Assembly: GCA_005877505.1 (NCBI GenBank) | Contig: VBOO01000001.1 | Span: forward strand, 1 to 45,682 | Length of the DNA stretch: 45,682 nucleotides | Direction of reading: 5' to 3' | From: Nitrospirota bacterium | GTDB taxonomy: Bacteria > Nitrospirota > Nitrospiria > Nitrospirales > NS-4 | Made by a program: the position numbers and the translations under genes | The notes under the pieces: model-generated | Told to the model about the DNA's origin: nothing | Databases searched by the model: none | The model's input: the letters and a program-made list of their open reading frames with translations, nothing else | Shown: positions 18,013-26,530 of the stretch, piece after piece | Layout of the letters: the number at the start of each line of letters is the position of its first letter | Numbering within the stretch: position 1 is the stretch's first letter

Positions 18013-18534
18013 TCACCGGCCCTGGTGAATATCAATCACCACATTGGCCTCATCAAGCTCCAACGTGACAGGCATGCCTTCCCCAAAAACTGAAAGCTTG
18101 CTGCCTGCCAAGGGGTCCACCGCGAAGCTTTCTGACCCCTCCGGGGTCGAGAGCTTGATCTCCTCCCAGAACTTATCGGCGTAGCTCAGGGTTCCCGCGA
18201 CGATGCGGTGACCAGCGGACGGCGTGCCCGCCCTGTGGGCGTCCACAAGGACGTTGCCTTCATCGACCACCAACATCACCTCATCGCCCACTTTGGCGTC
18301 GTACAGACCCATTCGCTCGGCCTTGATGACGCTGATCGTGCGGGGCCGCAGTCCATGCGACGGTTGAACGAACAGCATCGACGGTTCGATCCTCTTCACG
18401 ACCCCCTTCACCTCCATGTGGGCGATGTGCGGAAAGGGTCCAGACTTATCGGGGTGATCGGCGGTCGCCGGGGTCGTCCAGAAGAGAACCGCTGTGCAGG
18501 TCGGCAGAAGAATGAAGTAGCAGTTACGAGTCAT
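18013..18534 (-). CDS. exported hypothetical protein with internal beta-rich repeat
   Basis: Signal-like N-terminus. Two related segments (VGDEVMLVVDEGNVLVDAH / GMPVTLELDEANVVIDIH). SD AGGAGG upstream. Confidence 0.6.
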   Translation of the reverse strand: MTRNCYFILLPTCTAVLFWTTPATADHPDKSGPFPHIAHMEVKGVVKRIEPSMLFVQPSHGLRPRTISVIKAERMGLYDAKVGDEVMLVVDEGNVLVDAHRAGTPSAGHRIVAGTLSYADKFWEEIKLSTPEGSESFAVDPLAGSKLSVFGEGMPVTLELDEANVVIDIHQGR

Positions 18535-18629
18535 GGCTTACCTCCTGGCTGCTCCAGAAATCCAGTAGATATAAGGCGGTCGTGCTGGGGCACGGCGTCT
18601 TGGGACCCTCGCTCAGGATGGGCATACGG

Positions 18630-18812
18630 TTAAGCCGCGTGCTTGGTGCCAGAGGCGGAGTCTTCAGGATGATCTTTGTGGGATCCGATCTGTCCAGTCT
18701 CGGGACTCTCCGGTGTCCTGTACATGAACACCATGCAGAACAAGAACACGGAGACCATCGCCACGAGGCCGGACACGATGCCTATGTAGCCCCACATTCC
18801 CCAATCCGACAT
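18630..18812 (-). CDS. small single-TM membrane protein (60 aa)
   Basis: GAGGAGG SD 6 nt upstream of the ATG. One hydrophobic helix (YIGIVSGLVAMVSVFLFCMVFM). No homology recognised. Confidence 0.45.
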   Translation of the reverse strand: MSDWGMWGYIGIVSGLVAMVSVFLFCMVFMYRTPESPETGQIGSHKDHPEDSASGTKHAA

Positions 18813-19073
18813 CGCACATCCTCCTCAGCTAAGGAGCCCTTACAAGCTCTTCCCCCTCCCTTCATAAAAGCAAGAGGAGTGCCACGGGCGCCGACTGTCC
18901 GACGCAACCTAGGCTATTGATCTTTAGGCGAATTTCTTTCGGATCGCGCTCGGTACGGCGGCAATTTCTCAACGGTGGTGGTTGAACGTTGAGTCTGTTT
19001 GGTGGGCTTCAGCCAACCACTACTCTTTGATCGGCTTGCCGCGCTATGTGAGTCTGGGCGTCATGGAAGGCAT

Positions 19074-20687
19074 TCACGGAACATCGGAGGCGCACCGAAA
19101 TCCGAGCGTCGGGCCCCAGTAGGTCATCTCGTCCCACCCGCGGTAAGTCACGCGCAATTCCAGCGGGCCCTGGCTCCAGTCACCACCTCGTAAGACACGA
19201 AACGACCCGCGGAGGGGCCCCTGAGGATCGCGAGGAGGCGCCGATGCATAATAGTCCTCGGCGTACCAGTCCTTCACCCACTCCCAGGCGTTTCCGACCA
19301 TGTCGAACGCGCCATAGGGTGAGACGGTATCGGAAAAACTGCCCACCGGGGCAGTGCCATTGCTCCCGAGCTTCAGCGCATATTCTTTCACCCGGCGCTG
19401 AATCGGTTCCTCGCTGTTCCCCCAGGGATAGCGCCACCCGTCGGTGCCTCGTGCCGCCTTCTCCCACTCAGCCTCGGTTGGCAGCCGATGCCCCCTCCAC
19501 TCGCAAAAGGTACGGGCCTGCGCCCAGGTCACGTTCGTCACCGGATGCTGAGCGAACTGTGAATCAACAAAAGCCCGGCGTTCCTTCGGGAGCGAGCATA
19601 CGCCGCTCTCCACGCACCGACGATACTGCGCATTCGTGACCTCGTACTTGTCAATCCAGTACGCACTCAGGTAGGTCCGGTGCATCGGCCGCGCATCAGG
19701 CAGTCCATCCTCAGCCCCAAGTAGAAACTCCCCAGCCGGAATCAGCACCATTCCTTCCGGAGGATGAACGCCGGTCTGGGCAAGCCGCTGCAGCTCATCG
19801 CGCTGTGCGACCATCATCTGCATGTTCACCTTCGCGATCGCGCTTGGATCATCGCGTCCGCCCGAACTTTGGTCTTGGGCAATTTCCGGCTGGGGCGGTG
19901 GAAGAGGGGATCGCCGCGGTTCGCCTTTCGCCTGGCCGGTGGGCGGCTCGGCCTGGCCAGCAGCCGTGGCGGGTTCCTGAAAGCGAACAACTTCAACCCG
20001 GACCGTCGTCCGCGCCATCTCGCGCACGATCGTCTCCATGTCTTGTTTCTTCGACGCTTTTCGCCCCTTTCCGATCGCCGCAAAATCAAAATCCGGAATG
20101 TTGGACAACAGCGGTGTCGCATAACTGATCGGCACGACAAAACCCATTCCTTCCGGAGGAATCCCGGAAGGGTGACTGAATTTGGTCGTCACGATCCCGA
20201 TCAGCTCGCCCCGGCTGTTAAAGACTGGCCCCCCGCTGTTGCCAGGATTGACGGCGGCATCAACTTGGAAGACGCGGGTCACGCCTTTCGTTCGCACTGC
20301 GGAGATCCGTCCATGCGAGACCGACACATCCCGAAGGCCAAACTGGAACCCGACCACGATCACTTCTTCGTCAAGCCGGACCGCGCCGGCGTAGCCTACG
20401 GGGGCATCGGAAAGCCCGATGGTCTCGATCTTCAGCAAGGTCAAATCGCGCTCGGGATCGGTGCTGACGATCAGGGCGGGAGCCCGGAATTCACCCGGCG
20501 TGACCACGACAATGCGGCGAGCATTGGACACCACGTGATGGGCGGTCAGAATATACCCCTCCGAATGGACGATCACGCCGCTTCCCGCCGGTTTCTCCGT
20601 CGGCCCGTTGGGGCCTTCAGCCGCACACACATAGCCGGTCCCCAGGAGGATGGCAAGACCGCAGCAAAGCCCCAGACGCCTCATCAT
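19074..20687 (-). CDS. exported fusion protein: trypsin-like serine protease (S1C) + FGE-sulfatase (formylglycine-generating enzyme-like) domain
   Basis: Signal peptide. His/Asp/Ser triad context (TAHHV, DLTLLK, GNSGGPV). A Pro/Gln-rich linker. C-terminal FGE motifs (YWIDKYEVTN, HPVTNVTW, RLPTEAEWEKAARG, GNAWEWV, RVLRGG, GFRCA). Confidence 0.85.
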   Translation of the reverse strand: MMRRLGLCCGLAILLGTGYVCAAEGPNGPTEKPAGSGVIVHSEGYILTAHHVVSNARRIVVVTPGEFRAPALIVSTDPERDLTLLKIETIGLSDAPVGYAGAVRLDEEVIVVGFQFGLRDVSVSHGRISAVRTKGVTRVFQVDAAVNPGNSGGPVFNSRGELIGIVTTKFSHPSGIPPEGMGFVVPISYATPLLSNIPDFDFAAIGKGRKASKKQDMETIVREMARTTVRVEVVRFQEPATAAGQAEPPTGQAKGEPRRSPLPPPQPEIAQDQSSGGRDDPSAIAKVNMQMMVAQRDELQRLAQTGVHPPEGMVLIPAGEFLLGAEDGLPDARPMHRTYLSAYWIDKYEVTNAQYRRCVESGVCSLPKERRAFVDSQFAQHPVTNVTWAQARTFCEWRGHRLPTEAEWEKAARGTDGWRYPWGNSEEPIQRRVKEYALKLGSNGTAPVGSFSDTVSPYGAFDMVGNAWEWVKDWYAEDYYASAPPRDPQGPLRGSFRVLRGGDWSQGPLELRVTYRGWDEMTYWGPTLGFRCASDVP

Positions 20688-21466
20688 TGGATCGGGATCA
20701 CCACGCTGATCGCTCCCGCATTTTGCCCTAGACGAAGACCTTCCCGCAGATGACCCGTTTTGTCAAGTTTCCCTTTCGGTTCCCCATGACAGGTGAGGCA
20801 CTGGCGGGTGGTGTAGAGCGGAAACATCAGCCGCAGGGACTTGCTCTTGGCGGTCACCTCGCTGATCACCTTTTCCCGCGGAAAGGAAGGGTCTGCGAAC
20901 TCCTGCAATACGCTCCGCTCGAAGGCGTCAGGGGCATTCAACGGGTTACGGGGAGCCAGCGCGGTCTGTTTAAGCCGCACCCCCGTTATCTCCGTAAAGC
21001 GACTGGCCACTCTCAACCCGAATACCGCAGGAATAAATCCCTTGAAGCCGACGCCCTTGCTGTTGATTTCAGGCTGGGCCTCAGCCACCACCTTCTTGCC
21101 CACAGCGTCCAGGACCGTCAGCATCTCCTTGGCGCGTCGTGGGAGCCGCGCGGATTGAAGCTCCTGGAGGTCGATCCCTGAGCGACTGCGAAACACCTCG
21201 ATGAGCTGGCGCTCGAACACTTCAGGAGAGAATCCCTTTTGCTCCTTGTTGGGATCATCGAAGAGGTCCTGGTTCTCATTGATCACATAGCGGCCCGAGT
21301 CGAGTAAGATCGCGAGCAGACGAGCGGTGTCTTCGGTTTCTTGGATGGCTTGAAGGGAGGGGCCTAACTCGGGAGGCTTTTCCTTGACAGGCACAGTTTC
21401 GCTCCCTGCCACACCCGTGCTGACCAGGAGCACCGGAAAGATGATCTTGAGAGCAGCGCGCACCAT
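20684..21466 (-). CDS. exported c-type haem protein, DUF3365 (Tll0287-like) family
   Basis: Signal peptide and a single CLTCH motif near the C-terminus within the typical DUF3365 layout (FIPAVFG..., NPLNAPDAFE). Stop overlaps the protease start (ATGA). Confidence 0.7.
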   Translation of the reverse strand: MVRAALKIIFPVLLVSTGVAGSETVPVKEKPPELGPSLQAIQETEDTARLLAILLDSGRYVINENQDLFDDPNKEQKGFSPEVFERQLIEVFRSRSGIDLQELQSARLPRRAKEMLTVLDAVGKKVVAEAQPEINSKGVGFKGFIPAVFGLRVASRFTEITGVRLKQTALAPRNPLNAPDAFERSVLQEFADPSFPREKVISEVTAKSKSLRLMFPLYTTRQCLTCHGEPKGKLDKTGHLREGLRLGQNAGAISVVIPIQ

Positions 21467-21529
21467 GGCTCCCTCGATGGATAAGCCTCCTTCACAGTTA
21501 GGAATCTTCTCGGAACTAGAGAGGAAACC

Positions 21530-21563
21530 ACCGGGGCATCAGAGTCCACTCTGGTGCCCCGGT
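21530..21563 (-). other. long imperfect hairpin between cassette genes
   Basis: ACCGGGGCA-T-CAGAGT-CC-ACTCTG-G-TGCCCCGGT has 9+6 bp arms. It lies 137 nt after the upstream stop and 64 nt before the DUF3365 start. It has only a weak U-tract, so terminator status is uncertain. Confidence 0.35.
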
Positions 21564-21699
21564 ATTTCATTTCCCACGTTTGGAAATTCTCCGTCTGAGC
21601 GCCCTGGTGAACGTCCCTCCCGATACGCACGCATGTTTTCTTCGCCTGCGGGATCCCTTTTAAACGAGCACGATGGGCTCTCCTGCAATGGTTCAGCGT

Positions 21700-22191
21700 T
21701 CACCCACCCTCGGCTCCTCCCATATTATCCTGACTTTCAGGACGAGACGACCTGGTGGCCGGTTCCGGGACCCTTTCAATCGAAACGTTACCGCACGTCA
21801 GGCCTGTAGAGGTTGCCGTACACTCCTCGACCTGCGGCTCAGACAGTTTGAGCTGCTCAACGGGCGTCACCATCTGCCAATGGTTTAAGAGCTCATCCGC
21901 GGCCACGTCGTTGATGCCATGGGCTCGAGTGCGCAGCATCTGGAACAACTCTCGAATTTCGTCCCTCACAGCACTCTGATCCCCGCGACCAACCGCCTCC
22001 CGTAGGATGCCTACCTTCTGCAGGTAGGGATCAAAGTTAGATGTGGGATAGGTGGCTTTGTAGAAAGTCAGCGAGTTGGCCATCTGGTCGCACCATGCGC
22101 ACTCCGATGCCAGAGCGACACCCGACGCCACGAAACCCATTGCACAGGTCACCACCATCACAACAATTAGCCTCATGAGTAACGCCTTCAT
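21700..22191 (-). CDS. exported hypothetical protein
   Basis: Internal ATG 22189-22191 is preceded by GGGAGGTG. Signal/TM segment MKALLMRLIVVMVVTCAMGFVASGVALA. No family recognised. Confidence 0.55.
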   Translation of the reverse strand: MKALLMRLIVVMVVTCAMGFVASGVALASECAWCDQMANSLTFYKATYPTSNFDPYLQKVGILREAVGRGDQSAVRDEIRELFQMLRTRAHGINDVAADELLNHWQMVTPVEQLKLSEPQVEECTATSTGLTCGNVSIERVPEPATRSSRPESQDNMGGAEGG

Positions 22192-22650
22192 GTTCACCTC
22201 CCTGTCCGGAATTGTTGTCTCTCTCCTCGTCCCTATGACGATACGGAGGGACACGTCCTGTCCCCCTTGCATCCCTGTCCCCGAGGGCGTGACGCCCACC
22301 AGATCACAAGCGGAGGACTCCTGCCTCTCGGCTGTCTCACCATGACAGATCACTACTCAGTTTCAGGTCGCCGTGCGGGGCTTCTGTTAGGACCTGGGTA
22401 TGGTCTGTTCTTGGTCAGGTGTGTTCGTTCAACCTTGACAACTGCTGAAAGCAAGAGCCAGGCCATTCGTTCATTCCCGCAACTCATTGAATTGAAAAAA
22501 AAGGAACTAGCAGGTTGGCATGGGAAAATCCCCTGGTGGTTGAACTCCGCCACTAGACGTACCAACTCCACCAGATGAGACCGGCTCGTCGTTCTCCTAT
22601 ACGGGGGTTGGTTCGACGACAGAGGGGAGGAGATATTTATTAATGCGTGT

Positions 22651-23063
22651 GGGAGCCGGACTGTAAGCCGGATTCTGTGCCGCTTCGTCCTTGCGGAAGA
22701 AGCGGCGGTGATCATTTCTCTGGGACCCGGATTGCTCCGGGCCTCGTGCGGCCTACCCGAGGGCTCCGACCGGGCCGATCGTCGAGGAGCAGCACCGGTG
22801 TCCCGCTCCTCACGCCCTCCTATTTGGCCTTGCTCCGGGTGACGCTTGCCGGCTAGCCGTGTCGCCACGACCGCGGTGGGCTCTTACCCCGCCTTTTCAC
22901 CCTTGCCTGATCCGACGCTCGTGAGAACGCCGGCCATCGGCGGTGTGCTTTCTGTTGCGCCGGTGTCGGATCGCTCCGCCTGGGCGTTACCCAGCACCCT
23001 GCCCTAGGAGTCCGGACTTTCCTCCAGTCTCTAGCGAGACCGGCGACCACCCGCCCGACTCCC
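22651..23063 (-). ncRNA. rnpB: RNase P RNA, bacterial type A
   Basis: Minus-strand reading contains the universal P4 strands GGAAAGTCCGG (23012-23022) and ACAGAATCCGGCTTA (22664-22678). It also has GGTAACGCC, CAAGGCCAAATAGG, GNRA-capped helices, and P1 pairing GGGAGTCGGGC/GTCCGGCTCCC. The ends are approximate. Confidence 0.9.
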
Positions 23064-23076
23064 ACACGCGAGGCCC

Positions 23077-23104
23077 ATTATAGCAGAATTTACCCTCCTG
23101 TAAC
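23077..23104 (-). promoter_or_regulatory. candidate rnpB promoter GTTACA-16-TATAAT
   Basis: A perfect TATAAT (complement of 23077-23082) lies ~14 nt upstream of the predicted mature 5' end. A 4/6 -35 lies at 23099-23104. Confidence 0.5.
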
Positions 23105-23175
23105 CCGGCCTTCTTGAAATCGTAATCCCTCTCCCGTAGCCTGCCAGGCAACCATCAACCGGAGGAGCCCACGAT

Positions 23176-24786
23176 ATGGCCTACACGCGCATCATAACGA
23201 TCTTGGCCATGATCGCCTTTGCTGTCGCCGTTACGATCGGATCCGCGCAGGCGGCCGTCGAGGATGTTCTGTTAGAGAAGGGCATCATCACCAAAGAGGA
23301 CTGGCTCAAGATCAAAGCGGAGAAGGAGCAGGCGAAGCAGCAGGCAAAGGAGCAGGAGAAGGAGCAGCCAAAGGAGCAAAAGGAACAAGCAGTAGAAATC
23401 ATCCCGCGCAAAGAGACGCCGACGACCGGAGAGTTAATCGCCGGCCGTGGCTTCGAGAAGATCCGTTACAAGGAAGTCTATCTCGCGCCGGGTGGGTTTG
23501 TGGAAGCCACCACGATTTGGCGCTCGCAGAACCAGAACGCGGATGTAGGAAGCACCTACGGCAATATCCCGTTGTCAGGATCGACCAACTCCAAGATGAG
23601 CGAATTCCGGGGAACGGCGCGCCAGTCCCGTCTTTCCCTGCTGGCTGAAACCATACCCACGGGTTCGGTTCTACAAAAGCTTTCCGGCTATGTAGAAGGT
23701 GATTTCCTGGGGGTGGGCGTGACTTCCAACGAGCAGGAGAGCAATAGTTGGGCGCCCCGTCTGCGCCAGTTTTGGGCGACGGCCGATTTCAACAGCAGAT
23801 CCTCCCTCACCGTCGGTCAGGCATGGTCCCTCCTGACCACCCACCGTCAGGGCTTGATGCCGCGCAGCGAATTCATTCCGTACACCATCGACGCGCAGTA
23901 CGTTGTGGGGTACAACTGGGCCCGGCAGTTTCAAGTGCGCTTCACCCAAGACTTCGGTAAGGGGGTATGGGCGGCGTTTTCAATTGAAAACCCGGAAACC
24001 AACGTTCCTACAAACGGCGGTGTCAATGGAAACGTCAACTCGGGAGTTGTTCTACCTGTGGACGTACAAGGCTTCTCGGCCAGCTTTAACGCCGCAAATC
24101 CGAGCAGCACGCTGAACAGCAGTAGCGTCTCGACCGACGTGGCGCCGGACTTGGTGTCAAAACTCGTCTTTGAACCGGGCTGGGGACATTGGGAGCTCAA
24201 GGCGCTCGGCCGTTTCTTTCGGGACCGCTTCAACGGGGGTAATCACAACGCCTTCGGCGGAGGGATCGGTGCGGCGGCGATTCTTCCGGTCCATAGCACC
24301 CTCAATTTCATCGTTGAAGGGTTAAGCGGGGCCGGCATTGGCCGGTACGCGTCTTCGGTCGGTGCGGACGTCATTGCCAAAACTGACGGGACCGTCGTGC
24401 CGATCCGGGCCACCCAGATCATGACCGGCCTCGAATGGAAACCCACGTCTGCGTGGGATTTGTATGCATACTATGGCTATGAGTACTACGACCGGGCCTC
24501 CTACGCAGGCACCAGCGTCGGGTACGGCTCCCCTCTCAATAACCTGTCCGGCTGCAGCTCCGACCCCCCGGCCGGCGTCTGTCAGGCAGCCAATAAGACC
24601 GTGTGGCAGATCCACCCAGGGTTTTGGTATCGGTTCTTTCAAGGAAGAGCTGGGATTGCGGCTGTGGGCCTGGACTATTCGTATACGCACCGGCAACTAT
24701 GGCAAGGCTTAAACGGCACCGCTGTCGCCCAGCCGAATGGTCGCGAGAACATCGTGATGGCGTCATTCCGCTACTACCTTCCGTAG
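23176..24786 (+). CDS. outer-membrane beta-barrel porin (possibly phosphate-selective, by context)
   Basis: Signal peptide, an N-terminal Lys/Glu/Gln coiled segment, then alternating beta-strand pattern ending in aromatic FRYYLP. It sits directly upstream of the DUF47-PiT genes. SD GGAGGAG. Confidence 0.55.
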   Translation: MAYTRIITILAMIAFAVAVTIGSAQAAVEDVLLEKGIITKEDWLKIKAEKEQAKQQAKEQEKEQPKEQKEQAVEIIPRKETPTTGELIAGRGFEKIRYKEVYLAPGGFVEATTIWRSQNQNADVGSTYGNIPLSGSTNSKMSEFRGTARQSRLSLLAETIPTGSVLQKLSGYVEGDFLGVGVTSNEQESNSWAPRLRQFWATADFNSRSSLTVGQAWSLLTTHRQGLMPRSEFIPYTIDAQYVVGYNWARQFQVRFTQDFGKGVWAAFSIENPETNVPTNGGVNGNVNSGVVLPVDVQGFSASFNAANPSSTLNSSSVSTDVAPDLVSKLVFEPGWGHWELKALGRFFRDRFNGGNHNAFGGGIGAAAILPVHSTLNFIVEGLSGAGIGRYASSVGADVIAKTDGTVVPIRATQIMTGLEWKPTSAWDLYAYYGYEYYDRASYAGTSVGYGSPLNNLSGCSSDPPAGVCQAANKTVWQIHPGFWYRFFQGRAGIAAVGLDYSYTHRQLWQGLNGTAVAQPNGRENIVMASFRYYLP

Positions 24787-24842
24787 ACATGAGGGGTCCA
24801 GTCCTAGGCAACCAACGGAGACACTGCGAGAGGAGGAGCCAG

Positions 24843-25460
24843 ATGTTCGCACTAGTCCCGCGTGAGGTCGCGTTCCTGGACATGTTCCAGAAGGCGGCCC
24901 GCAACGTGATCGAAGGGAGCCGCCTCCTGAAAGAGATGATGGCGGACTACCAAAACCCGGTCCAGACGGCCAGCCGAATCAAGGACCTGGAACACGTGGG
25001 GGACGAGATCACCCACGACATCGTCCGGCGGCTGAACCAGACGTTCATCACCCCGATCGATCGGGAAGACATCCACGGGCTGGCCGGCGCCCTGGACGAC
25101 ATTCTCGATACGGTGGAGGCGATCGCCGACCGGTTCGTGATCTTCGAGGTGGCCAGGCCGAGCCCGCCGGCGATCTCGCTGTCAAAGATCCTGCACGAAT
25201 CATCGGTCGCTGTGGGCGCCGGCGTCGACCTTCTGGGCCAAAAGCACACAGACCTCAACGAATGCTGCGTCCAGATCAACAGTCTCGAGAACGAGGCGGA
25301 TCGGCTGACGCGCGACGCCATCTCTAAGCTGTTCCGCGAGGAGAAGGACCCGACGGCGATCATCAAGTGGAAAGAGATCTACGAGATGTTCGAAGAAGGG
25401 ACGGACCGCTGCGAGGACGCGGCGAACATCCTCGAACGCATCGCCCTCAAACACAACTGA
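24843..25460 (+). CDS. DUF47 / PhoU-like phosphate transport regulator (Pit accessory protein)
   Basis: ATG 24843 is preceded by GAGGAGG. DUF47 motifs (LEHVGDEITHDIV, FITPIDREDIH, ENEADRL). Confidence 0.85.
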   Translation: MFALVPREVAFLDMFQKAARNVIEGSRLLKEMMADYQNPVQTASRIKDLEHVGDEITHDIVRRLNQTFITPIDREDIHGLAGALDDILDTVEAIADRFVIFEVARPSPPAISLSKILHESSVAVGAGVDLLGQKHTDLNECCVQINSLENEADRLTRDAISKLFREEKDPTAIIKWKEIYEMFEEGTDRCEDAANILERIALKHN

Positions 25461-25472
25461 AAAGGACGCCCG

Positions 25473-26465
25473 ATGGCCGAACTCAGCATGACCCTCATCA
25501 TCGTGATCGTGCTCGCACTGCTCTTCGACTTCTCCAACGGATGGCATGACAGCGCCAACGCCATCGCCACGGTGGTGTCCACACAGGTGCTGAGCCCGAT
25601 GGCGGCGGTGCTGCTCGCCGGCGTGTTGAACGTGGCGGGCGCCTTCATGTCGACTGCCGTCGCCAAAATGGTAGGCGGCGGGATCATCCACGCCGCCGCC
25701 ATCACGGAGGTCACGGTGGCGTCCGCCCTGGGCGGGGCGATCCTCTGGAACCTCTTCACGCTGGTCCTCGGACTGCCCACCAGTTCGTCGCACGCCCTCA
25801 TCGGCGCGCTCGTGGGCGCGGGACTGTCGCACGGAGGCTGGCACGCGATCAAGTTCGCCGGCATGGAGTCCGTCCTCAAGGCAATGCTCCTCTCGCCGCT
25901 GTTCGGGTTCCTCATTGGGCTCCTGCTCATGGTGTTGATCAGCCGACTGTTCTTCAACACGCTGCGAAGCAAGGCCAATATGCTGTTTCGCCGGCTGCAA
26001 CTCCTCTCGGCCAGCTTCATGGCGTTCAGCCACGGCGCCAATGACGCCCAGAAAGCCATGGGCATCATCACGTTGGCGCTCCTGACCGCGGGACACCTTC
26101 AGAGTACGGAGGTGCCTCACTGGGTCATTGTGGCCTGTGCGCTGGCGATGGGTCTCGGGACGATGGCCGGAGGCTGGAGGATCGTTCGGACGCTGGGGAT
26201 GCGGATCTTTAAAATGGAGCCGGTCCATGGATTTGCGGCCGAGACTGGTGCGGCTGCGGTCTTGCTGACCACCGCCCAGATCGGCCTTCCGGTCAGCACG
26301 ACGCACACCATCACGTCCTCGGTCATGGGAGTCGGCGCGGTCAAGCGGCTGTCGGCGGTCCGATGGGGCGTCACCGCACGCATCCTCTTCGCATGGGTCC
26401 TCACGCTGCCCGGCGCGGCGCTCCTGGCCGCGCTCCTTTACCTGGCCCTCTCACGGTTGACCTGA
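25473..26465 (+). CDS. pit: inorganic phosphate transporter, PiT family
   Basis: FDFSNGWHDSANAIATVVS and FSHGANDAQKAMGII PiT signature repeats; ~10 TM segments. Confidence 0.9.
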   Translation: MAELSMTLIIVIVLALLFDFSNGWHDSANAIATVVSTQVLSPMAAVLLAGVLNVAGAFMSTAVAKMVGGGIIHAAAITEVTVASALGGAILWNLFTLVLGLPTSSSHALIGALVGAGLSHGGWHAIKFAGMESVLKAMLLSPLFGFLIGLLLMVLISRLFFNTLRSKANMLFRRLQLLSASFMAFSHGANDAQKAMGIITLALLTAGHLQSTEVPHWVIVACALAMGLGTMAGGWRIVRTLGMRIFKMEPVHGFAAETGAAAVLLTTAQIGLPVSTTHTITSSVMGVGAVKRLSAVRWGVTARILFAWVLTLPGAALLAALLYLALSRLT

Positions 26466-26530
26466 AGCGGTTGCAATTTGCCATGAATCCGGGGAAGATC
26501 GCCCTCGAACAGAGGACCGAGACCACCACT

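Noticed and set aside
19074-19230. Possibility that the C-terminal FGE/C-type-lectin-fold segment of the protease fusion is the variable region of a diversity-generating retroelement.
   Set aside because: No reverse transcriptase ORF anywhere in the window, and I could find no second (template) copy of the 3' ~130 nt. The codon pattern is not visibly adenine-patterned. A TR outside the window cannot be excluded.
22590-22625. GGTTCGA-containing stretch (ACGGGGGTTGGTTCGACGAC) as a possible tRNA or tRNA fragment next to rnpB.
   Set aside because: No T-stem complementarity, acceptor stem or anticodon arm could be folded around it.
22353-23065. ORFs 22353-22868 (171 aa) and 22853-23065 (70 aa) on the minus strand.
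   Set aside because: They lie within the RNase P RNA gene and are translation artefacts of a structured RNA.
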